Assembly (NCBI RefSeq): GCF_001186125.1
Contig: NW_014040404.1
Coordinates: 1-52,076, forward strand
DNA length: 52,076 bases
Direction of reading: 5' to 3'
From: Sphaeroforma arctica JP610
Taxonomy: Eukaryota
Positions 40,501 to 52,076 of the stretch are shown here, piece by piece; the first letter of the stretch is position 1; the number at the start of each line of letters is the position of its first letter. The notes below the pieces were generated by a model that was not told the DNA's origin, ran no database searches, and saw only the letters and a program-made list of their open reading frames with translations. The position numbers were made by a program, and so were the translations under genes.

Positions 40501-42250
40501 GATGAACGTACTAGCTACCAATCACTAAACCCTTTGGTAAAAAAACCCTGAAATACCCAACATATAAAGACTATAGTCAGGCACACATAACATAATACAG
40601 GATCATTTATCCATGGCAATGCATACCAACATCATTGAGCAGTAAAAATATTTAACATACAACCGTATGCCATGTCCTATACATGAAGCATGAAGCAGCC
40701 TATAGCTAAGCACACACATAATATTATATACAAAACCATATATACAGACAAAGCATACCAACATAATTGTGTCGCAGAAGATTGCTATTGTGTCTGTCTG
40801 TACCGCGCCGTTTTCGTCGCGCTGATATTGTTCCACCCGTTCTCGGTACTCGCTCTCAAAAAAGATCTCGATCAGGGTCTGTATAACCTATATATATATA
40901 TAAATAAATATATACATGTATGTGTGTGTGTGTGTTGGGATTGTGTGTATGGGATTGTGTATGTGTGTGTTTGTGATTGTGTGTGTATGTTTGTGTGTGT
41001 ATGTGTGTGTTTGTGTGTGTGTGTGTGATTGTGTGTTTGTGTCAGTATTAATAGGCGGCCACTTCAGTCTCGAGTCGGACCTTCAAACATTTGTAGCAAA
41101 ATTATCCCTGAGGGATGAGCGCAAAAAATGACTCCCACCATTGTGGAACAGAAGCGTTGGTCTCCGTTTGGCCACCGCACGCTAAGGGCTTTCTGATTTG
41201 CGTGCACAGTGTTTTTGGTGTTGTCAGTGTTAGCGCACATGCTTGCCATTGTGTGTAGGAGGGGTTAAATAGTACCGATATAAACATATTCCATTCAGCG
41301 TGGATAGATGCGAGTTTCAGAGACTGTCATCGACAGATCTTGCAACTAGCCTCGACACTATTGGAAATGTCACAAACGCCCGGTCTCATTATTAAATCTC
41401 CAAATACACAGACGCAGACTTAACAATCACTACTCTAGACTAACGTTATCATAGCGATAGGTTGAAGATAGAGGCACGTCATTGCTACATACATGTAAGG
41501 ACTATAGATGTGCATAGTCGTTCGATATGGATGGCATGAATCGGGTGAAGGATATGGTTGCGAATACATAGTTGTGGTTAATTCCTATTTATCATTTATA
41601 GCGGCCACATGTCTTTCACATACATTGCCGGCACAATGGCCGTTGATCAATCGGCATAAATGCAACGATCTTGAAGTGAGAAAAGGATGCAATTACAATC
41701 AGCACCCCCTATCTGCCGAGACATTGTACACAACTCTGACATTCTACGTCCGATAAATAAACAACACAATCTCTACCTTTGCGAAAACTACGATAACAAC
41801 TACAACAAGGACAGCAATACAGGCTTCAAGCGTCACATACGCACCTGCGTGGTGTGGATGGCGGAGAGATAGTGCACGTATTCACTGTGGTCGCCTACGG
41901 CTGACTTGGCCATGGCCTGGAAGTTGAGCCACAGCAAAAACTCGCCTAAACTTGAGCGGCACATTGGGCATGAAGGGCTTTGGAGTGTAGATGTCGAGGA
42001 GAAATCATAGTGTAGTGATATATCTGCCTGAGCAACTATGTATATATGAATGTTATATAACACTATATCATACTGACCAACTATATATACACTTTATCTG
42101 TATTTAGTGCAATACAGACGTTTAAAACTATCGATTTATTATGCCTGTGGTACGCAGCGAGCACAGATGGTGTATGTAGGAGCGTGTAAATATTGCGACG
42201 TACAGCAGACACAGGATATATTATATATATATATAAATATATATATATAA

Positions 42251-42293
<43 letters not shown>

Positions 42294-42333
42294 TTATATA
42301 TGTATATATGTGATAGTGTGTGTGTGTGTAGTG

Positions 42334-42368
<35 letters not shown>

Positions 42369-44863
42369 TGTGTGTGCATGTGTACGTGTGTGTGCATGTG
42401 TACGTGTGTGTGCGTGTGTGCGCATGTATGTGTGTGTGTATGTGTATATATATATATATACAAGACATATATAGATACTATCTTGAAAAACATATATATA
42501 ATACCTTCTAAGATAGGCTTGATCGAGCGTCCGTCCAACACAGGGTCGGCACAACGTGTGGCCACAGGGCAGTGTAGCGGGTTGGTAGAGCAGCTGATAG
42601 CACACTGGACAGTCCAACTTCTCACGGACAAGCGGTAGACAGGCATTGTCCACATGTATGAGGTCCTTCTGTGTGTACCTGCTCGTGTATTGAATTGTTT
42701 ATATTGTGATGCAGCAGTTGATTCGAAGGCTAGATCGTATGTTTAGGTGAATGCGTAAAATTCATGGTAACCATAGATACATGCGGTTTCGAGCTCAGCC
42801 AAATGCAGATATGAATGCGTGAAACATACTGGAAAACAGTACAACAAAGTCTGTAAAAGACTATACCGGGGCTGCAGCAAGAACAGCTTTGCTCCGTTGC
42901 GATCCCAACTACATATTTTACCAATGAATTGTGAGCCTGTTACCCTCTCAAAAATTCGATGTTAACAAAATTCCACACCTATATACAAATCCTTTCCTTT
43001 TATCATTCGCCTGCCTTGACAATACATGGTAATATGAGTAGCCATGATAATTTCCTCAGCCTTCATCCCAATAAAATAAAAACATTCGAAATAATCGCAT
43101 CGAAATGTAACAATCGACTTGAAACGATACAAAACATTCTTGATGAGTGATAGCACAGCTCAAAAGTAGTCTAACATCTGCAGGTATTGGTAAACACACA
43201 CGCAGATAGATACATACACACATTGTGGCATGTATACTCCTACCGTTGGAATATCCTTTCTGATATTTACATATCTGTCATCCACACACGCATAGAGGTA
43301 AATACAGGAATCTAAGGTTTAAAGGTAAATAAAGTTCCTAGGGTTTGAAGGTAAATACACGTTTCTCAGGTTTGATAAACACCTACCCTTGGAACATCCC
43401 CTTCAACATCCCCTCGGTATCGGCCAGTTGTCCAAACACCGGTGCTAACAAGGGGTGCTCATACAGATCCGTCTTTGGGCGCAGTATTCTCTGCCCTACG
43501 CCCCACATCTGCACTGTAGTCCATGTCTGTGGCATCTAATACATCTCCCTGGTCTCTATCGTCAGCTCCATCTGTGCTTACTAACGTATCTGTGTGTTGT
43601 TCTTTATCCGTGTGGGTTGTTGCTGAAGGTGTATTGATCAGTGCGTGTATGCTTTGTTTGAGCATAGCCTCGGACCCCTCGTCAGATTGCCATGCCAATA
43701 GTATGCTGAGCGTAGTCACAGCCTCCTCATACTGCGTGAACCAAAGCGTGGACGATGATTTAGGTTCTATAAAAACAGTATATCACTGGCAAAAGTATAG
43801 AGACCAAACCCAGAGCCCATTCAGAAGTACATCCAACGGCCCATTGCGTGTATGAATGGTAATATGTCGGCACATGTCGCCCGGTTGTGTAGTTAGCTAT
43901 AAACCCTCGACCGGAAAACATGCATCTTCGAACAAGCACAGGAACAACCGAATGTGATAAGCATCTTGCTGGACTAATAGACATCCACATCTCGAGCATA
44001 GCGCTTGGCTGGCATCTGAGAGTGGCACTTGTGCATCTCTGCGGTCTAACTGTACGATTGGACTACAGCGAACATTTACCCGATACACCTTAAATATATA
44101 TATATAAATATATATATATTATAGCATAAGTACGCTCGCATATGCGGTTTTGTGTATGTACAAAATGTAGATAGCGCAACCCTACTAGAATTTGTTTCGC
44201 TGTGTGCCGCATCAGATAATGTATATGTCAGATATCACACACACCTTCCTATAATATACATATCAAGATACACACACACCCTCCTATAATATACATATCA
44301 AGATACATACACACTCTCCTATAATATACATATCAAGATACAAACATACCCTCCTATAATATACATATCAAGATACATACACACCTTCCTATAATACACG
44401 TATCAAGATACATACACACCCTCCTATAATATACATATCAAGTTACATACCACGCCCGCCTATGATATACATATCAAGATACATACACCCCCCCCACACT
44501 TTTTCCAGCGCGTAGTACGCCGCTCCCTTACGATACATGGCCTTGACGTACAGCAATCCCGACGGGTAGTGCACACTCGCAGCACATAAGGTAATCGCTT
44601 TGTTGGCGTCTGAAAGTGCCTTGTGCGCGTCCTTGAGCTCTAAGTGTGCAGTGGCTCGGTTCAACCATAGTGCAGCTGAGTCCGGCGTTTTATCCAACAC
44701 ACTCGTAAAAGCATTGCGTGCTTCTGTGTACAAGCCTGTATGTGTATGTGCGTCTGCGTTGGGTTCAGGAAATCGCAAAATCTGGACATGAGTTTCATAG
44801 GAATCTCAGAATTGTGTTCTACACATATACGCAAACTACGTGCTACTGTGCCGCGGCCTGCAC

Positions 44864-44901
<38 letters not shown>

Positions 44902-46658
44902 GCTGGAATGGATAGGTTACCATACGCGTGTACCAGACAGCACACAATTGTGAGTTGCCCGTGTGGGCCTCGCGTGCATCTGTGTATATTATTAGTATAT
45001 GTGGTGCTTTGTGTTCGTGAATCCTGAGCTAAGACACAATTACACTTTGTGCAGACAAAGACAATCGACTATCACACCGCCAATGGCTATCTATATCTCC
45101 TCCAAAACAAACCCCCAAACAAAAGAGAGTATTGAATACACTAGCACATGCGCTCGCACGTCTAATGCAATACAACGCGTCGTATGCCATATTCATTCCG
45201 TTCTCAGAGAGTCAACAGGTCCCACCACGCATAATACAATACTGGTTTGAACAATACCATGCGAGGCACTGCAACCAGCGGATTGTCTTTAATAAACCCT
45301 TAATTTGTCTTCAATACAGTGCGTTCGTGTGTAATTAGTTGCAGCTATATACAACTGCCCTTGCGAAATTGTTCTCTACATGCTGCGCTATTGGCCTAAA
45401 CAATGGCCCTGTGCATCCTTGTACACCGACCGAACAACTGTGAAGCTAGACATGTGTGTACTGTTTCTAGAGGATTGGATTTTAAGGTTTTGGGGTTTTG
45501 GGCACAAACACCCATACATGCACATAGCTAAACCTTACCTTTGTCGTAAAGATCGTTGCATGCGTGCTACGCAGTCGGATAGCATAGCTGCACCAACTCG
45601 TTCAGCAACGTGCATGTGCCCTGTCCAAACTCCACTTCACTGCCACACCTTACCTCTGCATTGATCCAACAAACATTGGACTTTAAAACGAACTGTCTGT
45701 ATAGATCACAACGAACATTGGGCAGTATATAATGATGGGATGGATTGGGATGCATCGGTAGAAGCGGTTGGGTTCAATGCAAACGATGATATATAGTGGG
45801 ATCGTCCAGCAGTAGAAGATATACGATTGTAGGGCTACGTGGTACAGACAATCTACACGATTGACCATAGTGTGTGTAGCTGGTAGAACAACACGTTTGA
45901 CCACAGTGCATGTAGGTAGCATAGGCGACAGATAGACATGCGGAGGATGTGAAATAATAGAAGTTCAGATCTTTCCTGTTAACAGACACCGTCCTCGTAA
46001 ACTAGACCCTATCGAACAACACATACCAACACACAGCCATGTCAATAGACAATCCTCCAGTGGAAGGAAGGCGGAATTGTGATATTTAGCCAAAACAGAT
46101 ATACAACCACATGATCTAAACTACCAAAAATTGTCCAACAGGTCCTGTTTGCTTTGCTGCACACCTGATAGGATAGTCAAAGGACTATCGGTCTGCGATC
46201 TAACTGTTGGCATTGTTTTAGGTCAAAGTTTGCGCAAACTTTAGGTCTCCCTATGTCCTTTATTTAAGGTTTAAGTGTACGCGAATATAGGGTCTGAATG
46301 TACCCAGATAGGCACCTGGTACCGACTGGGCCAATACAAGCGTGTGCACACGGCCAAACTGAGTTATGCATATCACAGATTAATCTCCACATACTCTCCA
46401 CGTTCATTAATACAACGCACATACGGTTTGAGTGAACGAGGGTATGCGTTACCATCATAGTATTCACTACAGCGGTACACTAAAATAGAGTAATTTACTA
46501 TTATGAACGTCACTGGACTTTCTTGATGCCCCCGTTAACTGGTTGTACGTTACCATACTAAGTGCGGCCCTGAAGCTATATTGAATCTCCAGTGCGTACA
46601 TGTATGTACTATCCATGTGCATATGCAAAAGTAGAATATATATATATATATATATATA

Positions 46659-46719
<61 letters not shown>

Positions 46720-46740
46720 NNNNNNNNNNNNNNNNNNNNN

Positions 46741-46783
<43 letters not shown>

Positions 46784-47686
46784 TAGGCTCACATTTGATG
46801 TAACCGTGCCATATACCTCATATATATACATACTCACAAAGGGTGCACAAACTACACTATACCAAACACGTACTCTTACAATGCGTACACACTACTATAT
46901 AAATTACACACTCGTATACCGTAAGATACAATCATAAAATGTACACATTATCATATAGTGAATATAGTCACGTACCACACCCATAGTTCTATAGTGTGCA
47001 CAAACAATATTCCGTTCGTCATACTCCTATGATGCACCCGTACTTATATATTAAAAACAATGCAATTCTCGTAGAACGTACACACATTCGTATACCTTGC
47101 ACACACTCCTGTACCAAACCGTACTCGTTTAGCGTAGACATACACATACACCGTTCACATACTCCTATAGCGAATACATACGCACATACCAAAGGTATTC
47201 TTATAGACTGTAGACATACTCGTATACCGGACACACTCATACACCAAATACATACCTATATGCCGTAGACATATACATATATCGTACACACTGATATACC
47301 AAACATGTACTCATATACGTACATATACACATATTGTACACACTTATATACCAAACACGTACTAGTATACCTTATGCAAAACTTATACACCGGACATACA
47401 CTCATACCGTACACATACTCATATTGAAGGCACAGTCCTTACACACAGCCACGCCATCGCCCATGACCACCGGGACGTACAGCACACACACACAGCATGC
47501 ACACGAAAGCAGTCTGTTTGCAAACAGACGCTCCTTAGCACTACCACTCAGAGTATGTTCGGTACCAACCCCTGAGTCACGCCTAGAGGATTCTAGTTCA
47601 AGCTGATCTTTCACACAGGATACACCCTCCTTGGCTGTGTCCGTGAGTGTTTCAAACACATATCGTTCTACTTGAGCAGCACTCAT
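37578..47686 (-). CDS. LONRF: LONRF-like E3 ligase (degenerate RING, TPR, RING, LON N-terminal substrate-binding domain) with apparent lesions; last exon unresolved
   Basis: Exons 47686-47419, 45655-45539 (in-frame TAG), 44735-44500 (TPR), ~43731-43388 (frame change), 42678-42505 (CPVCYQLLYQPATLPCGHTLCRPC), ~41977-41879 (SCPMCR), possibly ~41192-41139, ~40878-40759, 40009-39870 (MEVFEPRYRLMIRRC), 39290-39137 (PDG..IIEVTG...F.V...RDGY..A), 38266-38143, 37804-37578 (HFLNWCMSLTLP). Confidence 0.88.
38280..39130. repeat. Two degenerate intronic tandem arrays
   Basis: gaacaga(c/t)atcacggatat...ggctcctgtt...ctccctggtt...aaggt(t/a)taaatcatatgcaacga units at 38280-38690, and cataacaatatcaataacaacac units at 38860-39130. 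Confidence 0.75.
40064..40204. repeat. Long inverted repeat or hairpin (58-bp arms, 25-nt loop); MITE-like or small-RNA precursor
   Basis: Arms 40064-40121 and 40147-40204 align without gaps as reverse complements, with 9 mismatches by manual count. Confidence 0.9.
44237..44490. repeat. 37-bp minisatellite, about 7 copies, next to a LONRF splice donor
   Basis: Unit cacacaccctcctataatatacatatcaagatacata. Confidence 0.95.
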
Positions 47687-48207
47687 CGTGTGTGCAGAAA
47701 CTTTTTCGTGATTAGTAACCTCTAGGACGGTGCAGCTCTTAGCGATCGCCGATTATGTACCTCCAGAAGCTAAACGCAGATTACGGGTGTGCCTTGTTTA
47801 TGATACTAGTACTAACGTGCAAGCAGCTAGCATACACTTCTCAAAACTGACGAAAGGTGACGAAAAGCCATTTTCGGGCTATTTTTGTGTACCCTATAGA
47901 ATACAAATCGGATGGCAATGGCTCATCATTTTTTAGTTCATTTTCGGACGCATCATCACTTTCAGCCTTTCACGACCACAAGAGTAGGTTATTTTAGGGT
48001 TATAAATTGCTGATAATTAGGGTTATCGGTAGTTGTTTCAAGGGTTGGAATGTTCGGTACTAGTCCGGTACACTTTAGAATCGCACTATGTATTCTCATA
48101 TCACGAACCGTGGACACGAAAGAAAGTAAATAAACACGCGTACTGTTGCGCATACCAGCCATTGTAGTATATTCTGGGTGTGACACTTGTTACCCTATCG
48201 CATTCGT
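47687..48207. promoter_or_regulatory. Probable bidirectional promoter between LONRF and the YwbE-NZF gene
   Basis: Divergent ATGs at 47686 (-) and 48208 (+) are ~520 bp apart. Confidence 0.45.
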
Positions 48208-49428
48208 ATGCTTGGGGGAATCTGTGCTCGCACATGTGCGGCAGTGACTCGAAATACATACGTAGGAACACCAGCCAGTGATCTCATTAGATTGTATTGT
48301 AAAGAAACCCATTTCACGCCGTTGTGGAGAGGTATTGGTATAGCGTGTGTGTGTGTAGCAAGTCGCTATAGTCATAGTCTCAGACGCATTCGTCAAGCGG
48401 TGCTTCCGGGTATATCGATACTTGATTATAACACCAAAGCGTGCGTAAGCGCGCGTTTATGCAGAGGAACATCTGCTGTGCAATTGACTACCGTCCACCA
48501 CAATCAAGTAGATGTCCAGAGTATACGTTCATATAGGTCTGTTCACGCTCGTGAAAGGACAGTAGCATACTCACAACAACAATCACAAACACGTTCACAA
48601 GTACACTTGCACAGTATGAGTGGCACAGTACGTGCGAGTATACAACGCGGCGCGAAGGTGTCCGTTGTGCTGAAATGCGATCAACCTACAGGCAAGCTAA
48701 CCCTCGGGGTGGTCGATGCATTATTAACGAACTCCGCACAGCACCCCCAAGGGATCAAGGTACGGTTACGCAGTGGACAAGTGGGACGTGTGAAGACTGT
48801 ACACGAAAGTGGAGATGGTGCTGAAGTCACAAGCACGCATCAGGGTGTTATAGATGGTGGCTACACAGGCAGAGGGAGTCCTAACAATTGGAACAGAACT
48901 AATAACAGGAGCAGGCGTAGTCCGAACTCGCAGAGGCCCAGTCCAGGGGGTAGTATTGCCGAGAGTAGCAACGCGTATAGGGAAAGACACAGAAAGTTCG
49001 GTACAAGTGCGCGTGTGGTTAATGATGGGTACGGTGACGATGATATGAGTGCATATATGCGACCATCTAGTGCAGAAGGGAATGTGTTGTCTGCATGGTT
49101 GGCTCCACAACTAGACGATGGGAACAATGATGAAATGGATTGGACTACTAACGAGAGTCCTAGTGGACTGGAATCTGCTGAGAATACACGTGTGTGGGTC
49201 TGTGCAGCGTGCACGTTCGAGAATAGTCCGGGTTCCGGCCATTGTGAAATGTGTACTAGTGTGAAACCGGTCTTTACCAGTACTATCTCACCAGCGAGTA
49301 CGCCAGATGCAGAAACAACAGGCCAAGGCGCTCAGAGTGCCGTCTGGGCGTGTGTAGCGTGTACGTACGAGAACGACCAAATGTTTTCGTTGGCATGTGC
49401 GGTATGTAGCACGCCTCGCACAGGCTGA
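48208..49428 (+). CDS. Intronless YwbE (DUF2196) domain protein fused to two RanBP2/NZF zinc fingers
   Basis: Single ORF with ATG 48208 (alternative ATG 48616). YwbE motif R..I..G..V.VVLK.DQPTGKLT.GVV..LLTNS..HP.GIKVRL..GQVGRV. Fingers WVCAACTFENSPGSGHCEMC and WACVACTYENDQMFSLACAVC. Confidence 0.88.
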   Translation: MLGGICARTCAAVTRNTYVGTPASDLIRLYCKETHFTPLWRGIGIACVCVASRYSHSLRRIRQAVLPGISILDYNTKACVSARLCRGTSAVQLTTVHHNQVDVQSIRSYRSVHARERTVAYSQQQSQTRSQVHLHSMSGTVRASIQRGAKVSVVLKCDQPTGKLTLGVVDALLTNSAQHPQGIKVRLRSGQVGRVKTVHESGDGAEVTSTHQGVIDGGYTGRGSPNNWNRTNNRSRRSPNSQRPSPGGSIAESSNAYRERHRKFGTSARVVNDGYGDDDMSAYMRPSSAEGNVLSAWLAPQLDDGNNDEMDWTTNESPSGLESAENTRVWVCAACTFENSPGSGHCEMCTSVKPVFTSTISPASTPDAETTGQGAQSAVWACVACTYENDQMFSLACAVCSTPRTG

Positions 49429-50142
49429 GTGTTAGCGTGAGCGTGCGGGTCATTCGGTAGTCATCTATCTCGCTGAACTGACAAGGGTTTGGTGGGATGC
49501 ATGCAATACAGCCTGCTGTGTGCGTGTTGTTTGGTGCTTGGGGTTGGCCCAGGACGCCCGCTTCGCACGTGACACACACACGCCATACACTAGTGTACTC
49601 CATCACACGCGTACAACTCATACATGGAACGACACATAACAGCCCGAGGATGTGCTCGTATGTCGCCTCGTGCATGCGTCTGTATCAGTCATGCACTGCA
49701 GCACTGAGCCGTCCACACACTCCAACTGACACGACACGCCTACGGCACATACTCAACACGTGAGGTATAGAGGAATTCGGCTGTCAGCTAAAATACTACA
49801 TTCATGTTGAAGCTTAGCAAGCCAAAACAGACATCACAAATCAAGTATCTTCTATACTGGTCTTGATTACCAGGTTGATGTACTTTCATCTCCTGGATAC
49901 AGCTTTTTATGTCCGCTCGATATGATACTACATAACATACATATATAAACAAATCATGTATACAAGCGTATGAAAAACTTCGGTTTAGGGACTGTTATAC
50001 GCGTCGCAGTGAGGGTTTATGAACTGTCCCTTATGTGGCTGAGGCTACAACTCGGAAGTAGTTAACATGGGCCAATCGCGCCAGTCATTGTGCGCTATGC
50101 AGTGAGATACCGTACTTTATTCATGTAAAATTTGCGCATGTA

Positions 50143-50391
50143 CTAGGATCGACTGTCCTCGTCCGCGTCAGACATGTCTTCACTGTCACCAATACTGTTG
50201 AGAGAACATGACAAATGCATGAGAAACGGTATCGGAGTTCAACATACAAATATACATACGTATAGATAAATATAAAATAAATATTAGTGTGTTTTATTAT
50301 TATAATATTATATTAATATATTGCTATATTGTTATATATTACAATATTTTACTATTATATGAATATTTACATATATATAAATATATATTGT

Positions 50392-50424
<33 letters not shown>

Positions 50425-50437
50425 ATGTATTTTATAC

Positions 50438-50482
<45 letters not shown>

Positions 50483-50660
50483 GTATGATGTATATATCTA
50501 TATAACTATACATATATAATGTATATAAATATATACATATATATATATGTGTGTGTGTGTGTGTGGTGTGGATATGCCACAGATATGTGCCATCGTGTTA
50601 TTATATGGCAGGAATGCGCAGACCATATTCGAAAAGAATTGGATCATATGTATATGTATG

Positions 50661-50726
<66 letters not shown>

Positions 50727-51268
50727 CCAGGTTAGAATTTGCAGTGCGTTTGCCGCTCCAAAATGCCATATTGGAAAAAGAGCAGGAATGTGGAGCGGGA
50801 AAGAACTATAAAGATACGGGTGTACGTATTGGCAAGATCAAGGTCTGATAGAGCCAAATTTGACAGTCCTCAAGAAAAAATATAGAAAAGGGGAGACAAT
50901 AGTGGCAGCCCAAGGGGTACAAGGGTTAAACAGAGAAGAGAATTTAAAATTGGAACACGAGCTCAAAAAAAAATATAATTGATAGTATTTACGTGATACG
51001 CTACACAATACGCAAGAAGTACACAACCAGATGATACATATACGGAATAAAGAATCATATACATACAAGTAGTTAGAATTTGTATTGCATGATGTATACA
51101 AGTCACATCTCATCTGTATTCACTCACCCATTTGAATTATCCAGGAAGCGCACTTCTTCCAGATTAGGTTTTGTCAATCGGAAACACGCAAATACGAACT
51201 CTGGCAGCTCTCCCTTGGACCGGCCCTCAATGGTGAGGCCCAGGTCAATTGATACCAGAGATGCATAG
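50143..51268 (-). CDS. 3' end of an EDR2 C-terminal (DUF1336) domain protein; upstream exons unresolved or outside the window
   Basis: Exon 51268-51128 encodes YASLVSIDLGLTIEGRSKGELPEFVFACFRLTKPNL, matching the DUF1336 C-terminal D-l-g-f-I-E/Q-G---ELPE--l---R-l motif. It joins in phase to the last exon 50194-50143 (GIGDSEDMSDADEDSRS*). Confidence 0.8.
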
Positions 51269-51549
51269 CTGCGATTTGAATGGCACAATTTTTGTTAATG
51301 AAGGTTTGATTGGCTGTTCTTAATAGAACGTACGTTTCAGCAAAAACACGATAAAACTGGTAATACCAATAGTAAGCACTGGTCTACGCTGCTTTGAGAA
51401 AACATACCCAATGTCAAGCACGAAGATATACAAACGTTTACAAGGCTGGCATGTTTGTGTTTATACTGCCCATTCGAAGATCAGAACAAAAACGCAAGAC
51501 ACCAGATTTGAGATATGCATTCGCTTATCTAGACTTCAACTATTTACTA

Positions 51550-51850
51550 TACGAGGTGTTATGGAAGATGTATGCATCTCCATATCTACACATCAACTAT
51601 AAACCTTGTGAGGTGTTATGGAGGGTGTATGCATCTGTATATCTAGGCATCAATTATTAACTATAGGAGGTGTTATTGGAGATATATGTATCTCCATAGC
51701 TAGACATCAACTATTAACTATATGGCGTGTTATGGACGATGTATGCATCTCCATATCTACACATCAACTATAAACCATGTGAGATGTTATGGAGGGTGTA
51801 TGTATCTGCAGAACTAGACATCAACTACAACCTATATGAGAGCTTATAGA
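51550..51850. repeat. ~57-bp minisatellite, about 5 copies
   Basis: gaggtgttatgga(a/g)gatgtatgcatctccatatcta(c/g)acatcaacta...-like units. Confidence 0.9.
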
Positions 51851-52076
51851 TACACAATGAATACTTTAAGGACCCGTCAACTGGCCCAGCCACGTAGCTG
51901 GTGGTGCTGGCGACCATGAGCATGTATATCTCGTTTATGTCAGCCCTAGTTTCTATCTGTTAAGCAGATCTGCATGTACGCTCTCAGGTGCGCGGCGATA
52001 GACATATATCCATAGGTACACATGGCATGCATCTCACATGAAGTATATGTATTTATAATATATATATGTATATATA

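Noticed and set aside
44237..44490. CRISPR-like array (37-bp period); also 51550-51850
   Set aside because: Units are contiguous with no unique spacers, no cas genes are present and the context is a eukaryotic intron. These are minisatellites.

Overview
Intron-rich eukaryotic genomic DNA with GT-AG introns full of (TA)n/(CA)n/(TG)n microsatellites and several N-gaps. The gene set and intron style suggest a unicellular holozoan, possibly an ichthyosporean such as Sphaeroforma (inference only). Most listed ORFs are spurious, so I rebuilt genes by joining exons by hand with phase checks. Left to right: (-) 5' part of an ACF1/BAZ1A-like WAC-domain gene; (+) NEPRO/RMP1-like RNase MRP subunit; (+) a small orphan multi-exon gene or pseudogene; (-) a membrane protein with two MARVEL-like repeats; (+,+) a ~4 kb tandem duplication carrying two MsrA genes; (-) NIFK/Nop15; (+) a senju-like SLC35A nucleotide-sugar transporter; a decayed gag fragment; (-) a LONRF-like RING-TPR-RING-LON gene with apparent lesions; (+) an intronless YwbE/DUF2196 protein fused to two NZF zinc fingers; (-) the 3' end of an EDR2_C/DUF1336 gene. 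Best leads: the YwbE-NZF fusion sitting head-to-head with LONRF; the MsrA pair, where copy 2 lost its targeting leader and an active-site Tyr, and both 3' flanks are built from decayed copies of the last exon; promoter-proximal micro-duplication ('stutter') tracts; an in-frame TAG in a skippable LONRF exon; and a 58-bp-stem intronic hairpin. All family assignments come from remembered motifs, not database searches.
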